Shown here: one piece after another, positions 28,699-41,100 of the stretch
How positions within the stretch are numbered: the first letter of the stretch is position 1
Layout of the letters: every line of letters begins with the position of its first letter
From: Eremomyces bilateralis CBS 781.70
Taxonomy: Eukaryota
Length of the DNA stretch: 64,000 bases
NCBI GenBank assembly: GCA_010015585.1
Contig: ML975175.1
Reading direction: 5' to 3' (one strand)
Position numbers and translations under genes: made by a program
The notes under the pieces: model-generated
The model's database searches: none
Seen by the model: the letters and a program-made list of their open reading frames with translations, nothing else
Told to the model about the DNA's origin: nothing

Positions 28699-30192
28699 AT
28701 GTCCCAGCTTGGTATTGAATCATGGATTTGGTACTCGCTAGCGATATTCATCACAGGATGCCGTTATATCTCCCGATCATTATTGTTTGGGTCGGTGTGG
28801 AAGCTCAAAATCGATGACTGGATCATGCTTTTTGCCGTTGCGACCTACACGACACTCATCATCACGATGAACATTGTGGCGACCGAGAATTCGAATCTTT
28901 TGCCGCCTGGCTTCGACATTTCTGCGTTAACTCAAGACGAGGTCCGGCGAAGGCAATATGGAAGCAAAATGGTTTTGGTGGTTGAGCAAATGCAAATCCT
29001 TACCATCTGGACCCTGAAGACGACCCTCCTGGTGATGTATTATCGTTTGACGTAAGTTCACTTGGCAAATTCGGAATGGCAAATCTAACACCTGCTTGTA
29101 GTGAGAAGTTGACCGAGAACAAGGCGGTTACTTTCCTTCTTGGCTACATTGCCGTTGCATTTGTGGTCATGGAGGCCCTATACTTCGCTAAGTGGTGTCG
29201 ACCATTCCACGACTACTGGGCAGTCCCAACTCCGAATGGTAGGTGCCAGGCCTCTGTCGAATACTGTCCAATTCATCTAACTTTGATGTAGCACAATGCA
29301 GCGCCGCGACTAACCACCTAATTACCAATGCGGTCTTCAATATCAGCAGTGATCTGATCATGCTGGGTATCGGGCTCTCCTTATTTATACGAAGCAGATT
29401 ACCCGCCAAGCGCAAGGTGCTTCTTTGCTGTATCTTTGGACTAGGCATCTTTGTCGTAAGTATATGATCCCAACCAGCATTCTCCATTGAAATAAGTCAC
29501 CAACCGTCCAGATCCTTGCCGCCATTCTGAACAAATATTACTCGTTCTCGCATCCATTTTCCGTCGATTGGACCTTTTGGTATATCCGAGAAGCGAGCAC
29601 AGCAATGTTGGTTGCCAACATGCCCTTCATCTGGACCCTCCTTCGACGAATGTTCCACCTGGGTGAGTTCGACCCAGGTGAGGGGGGTCGCCAGCATGTG
29701 AAATATCATTCTCAACGAACGGCGCGGCCAAGTTCTCACCGTCATCGCCATTCCGACTCGCATCACACGACCTCAAGAGGAACGGTGCATGACGGACGAG
29801 GGGCGGGAACTTGGCGGAGTGGCACAGGCAACGGGAGCAAACCGCACAGTCACATATCCAGTATGGATGTCCAGCGTCCGGAAGAAGTAGCACATCTTGG
29901 CCACGCATACAGTCCCGCAAATAGGACCAGTCCTGGTCCAAGTGACCGTGCCAACAAAGCGATGAATCCAAGGAGTGGCCCTGACTGGCGAGGGAGCGGG
30001 GTGTATGGCAGACAAGATCAAGAATTGTTGGAGTTGGGACCATGGGATGAGGAGGAGTTCGTCACAGTTCCCGTGGAGTTTCAAGGTTCGATTATGTCAG
30101 AACTTGAAAGAGCAGCGACTCGCCCTGACGCTGGTCATTCCAGAGAGGGCAAAGGTCCCGCGGTGCAAACCGAACCAAGGGACTTGGTTTGA
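28699..30192 (+). CDS. PTH11-like integral membrane protein
   Basis: 7-TM pattern with DDWIM, WCRPFHDYW, NISSDL and REASTAMLVANMP; three introns. Confidence 0.85.
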
Positions 30193-30564
30193 ATGGATCT
30201 TTCGTATTGATGTTCGTCACGAATGCCATGACTGATACCATTTGTATGTCGGCGTTGGAAGGAATTGGGATTTCTTGATATGGTGGTCGATATGTATGCC
30301 GGGGACACTAAATGCTGTAATAGATGAGCCAAACCAACCGCTCAACACGATAATTCACAGCAATAGAGCGGGACAAAGTACGAATTGTCATTTTTAAATG
30401 CCGGACCGTACACCGTGAATGCCCATGTATCTTGCTCGATAAACCGCGATGCAAGTTTTCACAAAGTAACTTTCTCCGCTCGTTTACCACGTTTCAAGCC
30501 TTTCGGCATCGCCTTCAAGCAATAACCCCTCAAATACCACCTCCCACATCACCTAGCTTCAGGC

Positions 30565-31416
30565 TTATTTCGGAACGGTAGACGCGTGTCGCATCGACGA
30601 TTGTCGGCGCTGCTTCTTGTCCTCGGCACGCTGAGCCTTCTGCTCGTTGAGACGCTTGTGGAGAAGCTTGGAGTAATCGGCCTAGACATTCCATTAGCAA
30701 AGGTTCAGAAGTCGAGGTGTTATCATCACGTACGGCAGCATCCTTCTGGGCCTCTGCCCTACGTCGCTTGAGTGCGATCCTGTGACGCTTGTGCTGGAGA
30801 CGCTGAGGGGTCACAAGACGCTGGATCTTGGGAGCCTTGGTGTAGGGTTGCTTCCCTTCGCCCTTGGGCTGAACTTCGCGGCGAATGACAAACTTGCGGA
30901 CCTAGGGGGAAACCATCAGCTTTGATACAATGGTGGATCAACAGTGGTTATTTCGCATACATCATCCTCCTTGGTGAGGCCGAAGAATCGTCGGATCTTG
31001 GTCGCGCGCTTGGGGCCCAATCGCTTCGGGTGGACGGTATCGGTGAGGCCGGGAAGATCGTTCTCGCCCTGCTTGACAATGGAGAGAGCGAGGACAGCCA
31101 AATCCTGAGCCACGATGCAGCCACGGACACTCTTCCTCTTACGCTCACCAGTACGACGCGGGCGGTAGCAGGAATGGCCATCGGAGAGGAGCAATCGGAC
31201 ACGAGTCGGGTGCATGACACCCTGCTTCATCGGGAAACCTTGCTTGTCGTTGCCGCCGGTGATCTTGAAGATGTAGCCCTTGAATTCGTCGCCCAGGCTG
31301 TCGGCTGGGACTTCGGCACCCATTCGGCGTTCCATGAAGACGCGAAGCTTGCGCTCATCGTCGACTTCGATGAGCTTTTGCGAGCCATTCGCGGGGAAGG
31401 AGATGTTCAGCTTCAT
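30565..31416 (-). CDS. RPS6: 40S ribosomal protein S6 (eS6)
   Basis: [42 protein letters not shown]; two introns. Confidence 0.97.
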
Positions 31417-32022
31417 CTTGACCAACTGTAGTCAAGATCTCTGGCTGTGGCTGTGGGTTAGAGAGGATGTGGTGGTCGAAGGAGAGATGTTGTGACTTGA
31501 AATTGAGGGTTTCGCTTAGTGGATGCGAAAGGTGAACTGAAGGAAAATTGATGTTCCGAGTTGGTGTGTGTGGTGGATGGAGAACGGAGGCTTGGTGGAC
31601 GGGATAGACCTGAGGTGCAGTTCTTTGCCAATTTGCTATTTTGCCTCAGGCCTCGCGCCCACTGGACGTGACCAGCGTGCCAGATACCAGCCACATCCAC
31701 TAGCCACAGTGATTTGCAGGGATCCAGGCTCGCATCATCAGAGGCCTCAACAACTGTCATCTCTCATCATCGGATATTTCGATACATGGATTGGGCTCTG
31801 CCACTCTTCAGTTCATTCTAAACAACAGGGACAACAAAGCTCCACCGCGTTCAAACTTCAAACACGTTGTTCAGTTGCCAATCATAATGCAACTGGCGTC
31901 ACGGAAAGGATGCAAGCTCCGTTATTGATTCGGCCCATGCTGGAGTCCGTTTTCTTTTCATGACATCGGGATAATCCCAAATTCAAACCGTTCCCATCAC
32001 CGTAAAATCCGAAGTCTGCAGC

Positions 32023-33156
32023 ATGGAGACGATTTTAGCATGTGGTCAGAATTGGTTCCACCAGCTAGACGATTCACCTTCGACTTTCATTACACATTTC
32101 AAACCCCTTTCCAATCTACCGATATCAGGGAGTTCCACTGTTCGGGTGCTCCACGCTGGATGGTCTTCAAGTGTCTTCGCTGTCGATGGCCTCAATTCGA
32201 AAGTACCACTAAAGGTCTGCCGTGGAAAAGTCCCTCTTCCTGATGTATCACACAATGGCCCTATTTCATCCATCACTCCAGAATCGCACAGATTCCGACG
32301 CTCTCAATCGATGTCGTTGCAATGCATTGACTGTGGTCTGGCAGGAGACAATAGTACTTCGGCAAATTTATTTCAAGCCGCTTTACAAGGGGCCTTCGGT
32401 CAATCCGATCTTCCAGCTGATATAGACTCTGACCACGTGTTTCATATGGCATGCACTGCGGCGAATCGGGTTGCCATCCTCACGCATCAGTCTCACGGCC
32501 GTTTGATTGTTCTCGAGTATGAAGTTGGGGTATCTGTAGGCAATGGATCAAGCTGTTCCACAACTTTCCAGAAGGTCCTAGCAACAGAAGTACAAGGCGA
32601 AAAAGCATATCTCTACTCTGGAAACACCTTCTTTCTACTTGGTGTGAATAATTCCCAGGTCTACTCATGGGGAGATGCACGATTTCGAAAATGTTTGGGA
32701 AGAGACATTTCCAGTGCCGCAGCGGACAAGTTGGGGCCAGTCCCTCTGCCATTCACGCCGAAGAAATTCTCTGTAGGTGGCTACGTTGCTGCAGCTTTAT
32801 CCCAAGGTGGCAGATTGATTATTTGGGGTCAACCAAGGCCTGGACACGAAACTGCGGGTCTGCCTGGAGTCGAGGGCGATGCAGAAGATTTTGCAGATGT
32901 ATCTATGCCCGGAAACGCACTTGTCGAAGATTTCGATATTGGAAATGATCATCTAGCGGTCCTGACGAGAGACGGTCGCGTCTTCACTGCAGGAGCAGGG
33001 GAATGTGGTCAGCTTGGAATCGGAGCACAACTCGATTGGCAGCAGTCTCTGGTTGAGGTTTCCGAGCTCTCGACTAAACGTATACGGGAAGTGCGTTGTG
33101 GGTATGCTTCGACATTTGCAATCTCGAAACTTGAACAATGTGCGGAACAATTCTGA
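32023..33156 (+). CDS. RCC1/BLIP-II repeat protein
   Basis: VYSWGD..CLGR, IGNDHLAVLT.DGRVFTAGAGECGQLG and VRCGYASTF. Confidence 0.8.
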   Translation: METILACGQNWFHQLDDSPSTFITHFKPLSNLPISGSSTVRVLHAGWSSSVFAVDGLNSKVPLKVCRGKVPLPDVSHNGPISSITPESHRFRRSQSMSLQCIDCGLAGDNSTSANLFQAALQGAFGQSDLPADIDSDHVFHMACTAANRVAILTHQSHGRLIVLEYEVGVSVGNGSSCSTTFQKVLATEVQGEKAYLYSGNTFFLLGVNNSQVYSWGDARFRKCLGRDISSAAADKLGPVPLPFTPKKFSVGGYVAAALSQGGRLIIWGQPRPGHETAGLPGVEGDAEDFADVSMPGNALVEDFDIGNDHLAVLTRDGRVFTAGAGECGQLGIGAQLDWQQSLVEVSELSTKRIREVRCGYASTFAISKLEQCAEQF

Positions 33157-33559
33157 GCAAGAGACGGATATTTTTTGTCAATCTGTACCCCATCTGCGAA
33201 AGGTCAAGTCTTTCTGGCCCACTCTTCAATATACCCGATGATTGCAGCTATATCCCTCCCACCATATGTACCTAATCCAAGAATGCACATCGAATTACCA
33301 CCGAGTCAGATTCTCTTGTGCGGATATAATGGTTAACAGTTAGGAAAGGGAGCAACTCCATTTGGATCAGTGATTCCAGTCAGGCTGACATCGTAAGGCC
33401 ATAAGGCACACACCGATTTTCTCCGCATCTCCTCCGAACATGGAGTCATCAAAGTTTAGATCTCCCAAATCTTTCTCCAACTTTTGCATCTCCAAGTTTG
33501 TTTCCACCCGTACTCCCCAAGAAATTTCCAAAATACTTTCGTCCTACGATCTTAGCACA

Positions 33560-33862
33560 ATGTCGTACTATGACGAGATCGAAATCGAAGACATGACCTT
33601 CGATCCCACTTTACAAATCTACCACTATCCATGTCCCTGTGGCGATCGATTTGAAATTTGTATCTCGGACCTACGCGACGGTGAAGATGTTGCCGTCTGT
33701 CCCAGCTGCAGTTTAATGATTCAAGTTATCTTTGACATGGTTCGTTCTGCGTTGGAATGTGCCCTTGCCTATTCTCATCCTAACTGGTGCCACCAGGAAT
33801 CATTACCGCAAGAAGAACCCGAAGTCAACGAACAATCAGACCAAGTCGCTGTGATAGCGTGA
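33560..33862 (+). CDS. DPH3: Diphthamide biosynthesis CSL zinc finger Dph3/Kti11
   Basis: [24 protein letters not shown]; one intron. Confidence 0.95.
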   Translation: MSYYDEIEIEDMTFDPTLQIYHYPCPCGDRFEICISDLRDGEDVAVCPSCSLMIQVIFDMVRSALECALAYSHPNWCHQESLPQEEPEVNEQSDQVAVIA

Positions 33863-34589
33863 AGAGGACCGACTTTCGTCGACATTGTTTCGATATGCCT
33901 GCGATTTCCATACCTCAGTCGTTGAACGACGTTCAAGCAACCATGGATTGGCGTCTCCTACAAGTTGGGCATGGACAGACTAGTCGGGTGGAAGTTGTCC
34001 TTGAGACTATGATACAAGCGCATGGGGGCGATTCACCTCCCGAACAAACACGATGTGGATTGAGGATGGGCACCCTGCCAGGTCACCGATCGTGATGGGG
34101 TTTACTCGATGGGCTTGCCCTTGAGTTACCACAAGGCGCGCACTGCTCCGTGGGCCACCCACGTCTGGGTACGGAAGCATAGCCTCTGGAAGCCACCAAG
34201 CAGCAGGGTCGCCGTCCTGTTCAAGGGCTGACACATGGTCCTTGGCTATAATCCATCGTTGTGGCTAGATTCGGCTTGTTGGCCATATGGGCTGCGCCTT
34301 TGGAAGCCGGTCGGATGGGAAGCGTCTCTTCAGTGGCTTCTAGAACGAGACACTGGAGAGATCTTGGAGGAATGCGCTTGTCCAGGGTTCATGAGTTGTC
34401 TGAAACTGCAGTTGTCGGCAAGGGGGTGGAGGAGGTTGGGAGAGTAGAGCGTGCGCTTCATTCGAAAACATAAATATCGGCGTCAAACTTCGAAGACCAC
34501 GCTTGCTATTGACTAGAATGATTACACTTTAGGCCTCAAACACCAATGTCCGCCCATTACTTGACCAAAGGAACGGTGTCAAACGAACA

Positions 34590-35281
34590 TCAAGCCTCTG
34601 CAAGACCGTCATCCATAGCCACGCCTATCTCCTTGCGGAGCAGGTCAGTCAAACTTGACCCATCCCGAAGATAGATCCACTCTCCCTGTCCAGCACCCGC
34701 TTTGTCATGCATACCCTCGCCTTTGACCACCCAGTCGTACCGCTTCGGCCCACTGATAGGGGAGCTCAGCCAAATCTGACGGTTCGGAGGCTGCTTGTTT
34801 AGTACATATGTGCCTTTTGAGGCGATCTCGATTTCCATGACACCAGCCTGATCAACTTAGCTTTGGCCCGGATGGATATAGTGACCATGCTTACCGAGAA
34901 ATCGACCTCGAAGCCGCCTTGCTTCTCCTGCATCTCCTCCAACCGAACTACCAGAGTGTCAAGGTATATGTTGGCTCGCTCGTTGTAATCATCCATGGAG
35001 AGCTCGACCGGTTTTCCCTCGATGCTATTTTTTGATGTGCTCTCGTCTGGCTGCTTTGTATCCATCGGCTTTGGAAGTATTCCGTAGCATGCTCTTGTCG
35101 AGTGGATCAAGCGGCTCTGCGACCATGCAGGCACGGGGTTTGGTCTCTTGGAGATGGTCTGTGATGGTAATCGGATTGATACTCGATCTCGCATTTGAAT
35201 AGGTCGAGGAATCACCGTCTCAGCACGCCCTAACCGAATGGTGAGGCCAGATCGGGAACTGATGCGGGGGAGAGACTTCAT
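34590..35281 (-). CDS. YFH1: Frataxin, mitochondrial
   Basis: Arg/Ser-rich presequence and [27 protein letters not shown]; one intron. Confidence 0.93.
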
Positions 35282-35754
35282 GGTAAGGAAGGTAGACGAC
35301 GGGAAGAGCGAATTCAATGACGTTTTGAAAGGCTGGTTGCTCGGGCTAGGTAATCGGATCAGCGGGGAGTGACCACGGGTAATAAGAACCGGTCAATTGA
35401 GTGTCGTGGTGTCGTATTCTAGAGGACAATGGAACCAGAAGGCTTCATGGCCATACATGGATTGTTAGATGGAGAATGGAACCGAGCTGCGAGCGTACAT
35501 AGAAGGAAGTATCAACTAATTAGGAACGTGCAGCAGCTTGAGAAGCACATAAGAACCCTAACGTAGTACGTACCTGCCCCACGTCAGAGCTCTTAGAGTC
35601 TCGATCCATGTCATCGTTGACCTCTAGGCAAGTGCCATCGCCTACTTCCTGACATGTCCAATACGGCAATGTTCAATAATGCACTCGGTCACTCCAGTCA
35701 AATATTAAATCATTATGCACCCCCGGGACTGATAGGCTCGGTACATCTCCAATC

Positions 35755-36450
35755 ATGATCAATGCCGTGTTGGTCTTCAACAACTCGGGACAGCCTCGTC
35801 TTACCAAGTTCTACACGCAATTGGTTGGTGATGAATATAATGTGTAGATGGATCTGCTGGGCACCTCCACTAATACCGTAGCCATAGGACACGGCGGTTC
35901 AGCAACGGCTCATATCCGAGATTTTCAGTTTAGTGTCCAATCGACCGGCTACGGCTTGCAACTTCCTCCCGTGAGTCGGCCTTGGTTCTCCGCCATGCGA
36001 TATACTCACTCCTCTTCCAGACTGCCTCCATTACTCGCTCCTCCGCCCAATGCCCAAAAGTCGAGTCAGCCACAGCCGATACATACCGATACCCCGTCTC
36101 TTGTGACGTATCGACACTATGCCACGCTATACTTCATCCTGATATCCACTTCGACCGAGAGCCCGCTAGCACTTCTTGACCTCATTCAAGTCTTCGTCGA
36201 ATCATTGGATCGACTATTCGAGAATGTCTGCGAGTTGGACTTGATCTTCAATTTCGAGACCCTTCACGCAGCTCTGGGCGAGATGATCGTTGGGGGTGTC
36301 GTGGTGGAAACGAATCTGGATACCATCGTCTCCGGCGTGAGAACCCAAGGCAAGGTGGCGAGACGGCCGGTCAACGATTCTAGAGGCGGATCATCCTCTG
36401 GAGGAGTGTTTGGAGTACTCGGCAGAGGGGAGGTTTTCTCAGGGCGATGA
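35755..36450 (+). CDS. APS3: AP-3 complex sigma subunit
   Basis: MINAVLVFNNSGQPRLTKFY, YRHYATLYF and LDRLFENVCELDLIF; introns. Confidence 0.93.
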
Positions 36451-37405
36451 CACAAGGACATTTGATAGAATGCTGTGGGTAATGTCGGCTCCCTGGTGAT
36501 GTCGAGCTCGGGGGTGGATTAGATGCGCCTAGATCATAGGATCTGTGGTATTTTGGGAAGAACATTAGCACCGCATTTACATGTGGCGACTGGCGTGCTA
36601 TGAGTACGTCAAGGGATGCAAGGACATGCTCGGGACAGGTCGGACGGAATGGTTGATATCCAATAGACTTTGATTTAGGATCTCATCTGTGCCAATAGAC
36701 CTAACTGTACCCCAAACGCCACAACCACTGATGTTATAATACCTGAGTCCACATTCAGGGCAAGATTTATTTCTGGCGTGACTGGGTCCGCGCAGATATA
36801 AAACCGGCCGTGACATGCCCCTTGAAATGCCTACCGTCGCTGTTCTCTAGCAGGATTAGACTGGGTCGATAGGATACATGTAGCAAACTTCAAGTACCAA
36901 AAGTAGAGAGTAATCGGGGGGGCATTTTGAAGAAATGAGTTCATCATATGGCATGATCCAGTCAAATTGAGGTCGTCATCTTTCCGTTGACCCAAGAACA
37001 CTTGGATGTAGCTAATCCAAGCTGACCGCCCATCTCGATGTGCCGTCGCCGCGGGGTTGGTGGCGGTATGGACAAAGGAAGCCTGTCGTTGTACACAACG
37101 TAGATAGATCCCCAATTCCCCTCCTACTGCTACAAGATAGAAGGCTCGGAGAGAGTAATTCATTGGCATAAATGCGAATTCGGCGAGGGCGGTCCATGAG
37201 AGTGGTAATATCGTATTCGAATTTCGCCCTCCCTCATTAAGGGACCCACCAATACTGATGTATCATCCCCATCGGACATCTTCTGTGACATTGTGCATCG
37301 GCAGGGTCGTGCTAGAAGTCCAACATGGAGCACAATGCACCGTCGAGTAGGCTGGCTCCCAGTCCAGGCGATTAACTCCATAAAGGTACCTTGCATGAAG
37401 ATGGG

Positions 37406-37698
37406 TCATCTTGTCTTCGACGCAAGCTCCATTTGTCCATCTTCCTGACTTCCAGCCTTCTCCCCACCAGAGGTCACCGTGTTTGGCAATGCTTGCGGCG
37501 ACTGCACAGCGGAAGTGGATGGGGTCGCATTGGTATCTTGGCTCCTCAGTGAACGCTTGTTAAACATTGGCTCGAAGGTGTACACTCCTACAAATCTGGT
37601 CAGTATATGGTCCGCAAGGAGATTCCCAATGCCGTACCGCCAGCCACGCCTGCAACCAATGCAGCAGCAAATGAAATGAATCCTCCCGCTCGACTCAT
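37406..37698 (-). CDS. Small single-TM protein (PIGBOS1-like pattern)
   Basis: MSRAGGFISFAAALVAGVAG spliced to GVYTFEPMF across a GT-AG intron with a CTGAC branch. Confidence 0.6.
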
Positions 37699-37940
37699 CT
37701 TGCAGTCCCCTCCGTCCAGACACTGAATGACGGTGGCACGAGTAACAATCGATTCGTAGAACGCAGTCAATGTCAAATGCGAAGAGCCATTAAAAGTCAA
37801 TGCCGCGATAATGCCAGGTCCCGATGAAGTTGACGTCTTGAGTCTTGAGGATGCCCTGAAATCTGAGCAATATTAACAGAATGTCCAGCGATGGGATCCT
37901 GAATCACGTGCCTTCAGTCAATTGCCCCACTTTTAGCTCG

Positions 37941-37956
37941 ACGCGTCTGGACGCGT
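37941..37956. promoter_or_regulatory. Tandem MCB elements (ACGCGT x2) upstream of MMS22
   Basis: GACGCGTCTG repeated twice ~200 bp before the ATG of a DNA-repair gene. Confidence 0.55.
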
Positions 37957-38148
37957 CTGCCATCCATCCGATCGGATCGAGGCATCCAACTACGAACGTC
38001 GAATGAACATCACGAATTGTCGAATTCATAATACGCAACGCACGGCCATATCTTCAATCTCTTCGCAGCCTGCCGCCTCCAACATTATTTGGAACTTAGG
38101 TCCTTTTGAGTTCACCATGAAATATTCTCCACGAATACACACACTCTA

Positions 38149-41100
38149 ATGAGACGGTGGGAGATCACGGGAATAGTTCCTGACTCGGAAGAGGAGGACG
38201 ACAGTCTAGACGAAAGCAGGAATCCGATTTCTGGATTAGCCATAGATTCCCATGGCTCACAATTACTTGTTGGACTGGAGAAAGATGACCATCATGACCC
38301 CGTCCCCCATGGGCCGACACGAAGCCCAAACCCCCCTGGAACACCTTCCATCCACAGTGACAGAGGAGTTCGAGGGTCAGGAGAGGATCATTGCTCACAG
38401 AAGAGCACACTCACTACGGCTTCATCAGCATTAACCGTTCTTTCTCAAACGCCGGATACCTCTCCATTTACGAATCTACATCCTGGCCCATCAACACCTC
38501 CTCGAGCTCCCCTCAACTCCAATACTTTACACCAAACTTCAGAGAGCGGCCCAGACATACGCCTCTTCACCAGGAATCTAAGGACAAGAAAGGATAGACA
38601 ACTATTCCCTTACACTTCAGAATATCTGGAGTTCAATCGTCGAATTAAGAATTCTGGGATCCCAATCGCCGAGCTTGGCCCAGCAGCGCGGAGAGCCTAC
38701 GATGCTCACCGGCACAAGGAGAATGCGGCCATCGAACCCCAAAATACCGAAACGCAATCTTCTGAACGAGAATACGGTGAGAATGGTGAGGAGTGCCGGA
38801 GCTCACCTATCCGCGCCTCCCCTCTACCAGACTCCGGCCGGACCGAACCTACCACACCCAAGGTCATTGAAAGCGATGAAGAATCCGTACCTGACTTGAG
38901 CATTGTGGTCCGAAGGAACGGCAACAAGCGTCTAAAGCTTGCCACCTCCTCCACCCGCAGGAGGAATCGTTCAGAAGCGAACTCCCGACCCGGACCTAGC
39001 CCGTCAACTCCACAAGATATATTCGATATTCCCGATTCATCGCCTTCCGCCCGGAGTGCTAGTCCTGCTGAAGCCCCGCGATTTCGTATGCCGAAGGGGT
39101 TTCAGAATGGTATACCCACACCGACTGCCAAGAAGCCTGCGGGAGCTGTTCCCCATCCCACATCCACGAGGGCGAAAAGCCACCATCGGTCCGTTGCTCA
39201 GGGTGCCGACCAAATCGATGGTCGACGGGAAGCCGCGCAGACCCCTTTGTTGGCCATCTCTTCGGACGATGACTCAGACAAATCAGCCTCCGCAGAACAG
39301 TCTTTGCCCGGCAATGAATCGGAAGATCATAGTCAGTTACGGCAAGTCACACGAAGAATCAAAGGTGTCCTTCCAGCTTCCTGGGTTAGGCTGGATCGAC
39401 AGGCGCAGGATAGCCGACAGAAATCAAAGCAGGATTTGCATCTAAAGTCTACGCAGAGACCTGGGCCCGGGAAGGGGATTGCGGTCCGAGTCAATCGGAG
39501 TCCTTTTCGAAGCGAGGCTCAAGACGCGCAACTCACCCTCTTCAGCGACTCCGAATCGTCCATTGCCACGTCTTCGAGAAACAATACTCCGCCGATCAGA
39601 ACCAATCCTACTCCTACTGGCAGCAAAGAACAACCTCTTCCTGCCGCCGATGATACCGAGACGTTTGATGATCTCGAGAATGAACCCCATGACGACTCGT
39701 TCTTCTATGAAGAGCCCATCCGTGACGCACCTTCAGCATGGAACAACCGCATGTCTCATCAGCCCAAAATTACGGAAGCGTTCTCCAGGCCTGTTCGGTC
39801 TCCACGTGGACTTATTCGCGAGTCCAATAACTATGCGACCAATCAACCAAAGCGACGCAATGCTGATAAACACAGAATGCCTCAACCACGGCGCCCAAGT
39901 AAATCTGTGCAGCTGAGCATCCTTGACGTTGAGCCGACTGAAATGATGAACAGCACCGGTGAAATTCCACACTTTCTACGCCTGTCCCTCCGAGAAGCCA
40001 AGAAACGACCGGACCATGGAAGGCATTCACCAGGCTCAAAGCACATTCGCTTACAGAACGCCACTGATACAGCCGATGCCCAGGATACACTAACCAGGTG
40101 GCGTACCCGTTCCATATCTCATAGGCCCCTTCCAGGCCGCATGCCCTCTGGGGCTACTCCTGGTCACCTAGCAACGAGGGCTCCATTCCAGCGACAATCC
40201 AAGCTTCCTTCTCCAATACCTTTTGGGCCACAATCCCATGAAGGTTCCAAACGTCCGCGATTAAAGTCCGGGCATCGACAACTCTTACTCCCGGAGTATC
40301 CCCTTTCCAATCCTCCCTCAACCGAGCAGTTAAATGCCGATGAGCCAGAAGAAGCTAGTCCGAAACAGAAGAGGAGGAGTACCACTCTCCAAAATCGGTC
40401 GCACAAGCCAATTGCTCGCTCAAAGTATCGCAATGCCCAGCTTGAGGCCGTCGAATCAGAGTACAATTATAGTCACCAGTCGACTGCATTCCAGAAAGGG
40501 TTGCAGAGAGTCAATACTCAGTTCCTGAGATCAAAAGATGCTGAACAGAGGAACAGAATTGGCCTCCATCTTCAAACCCGAACACTTGGCTTCAATTCCT
40601 CACATCGACATGGCCCGCCGATTTCAACTATCATAGTGAGAGAGACCAATTCGGAGCCAGGTGTGACACCCCACCCTTCACCAAATATCTCTCGACCCCG
40701 ACGGCGAAAGGTTACCCCAAGCCGAGTGGAAGTAGATCTACGGGAGTACCGCCAGCCAAGTGAGCCCTTGCCGGTGGATTCAATTGTCGAGGACCAATAC
40801 ACACGATCACAAGATGACACCAATTCCCTTTATGGTCTTCAGCCTTATGGAGCTCGATACCCGGTTACCTTTGACATGTCTTTACTTCCCTCTGACACGT
40901 ACTTTCATGATTCCACGTTCATCGGCAGTGGAGATCTGCGTCTTGCTTTGGATGCCAGAAGCCGTGATTTCGACCACCGACGAGGCACGATGACAATCCG
41001 ATTCGCATCGCAGGAGTTCCACTTTGGCCCTTGGAATGAAGAGACATCGTCGCAATTGACGGACATCTTCCAACGTTGTGGAACGCTGGTTCAATCTGCA

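Noticed and set aside
30922..31431. 169-aa plus-strand ORF
   Set aside because: Antisense shadow of the codon-biased RPS6 gene.
35554..35562. AACCCTAAC, a canonical telomerase-template-like 9-mer
   Set aside because: It sits in a short divergent promoter between YFH1 and APS3 with no room or structure for a TER.
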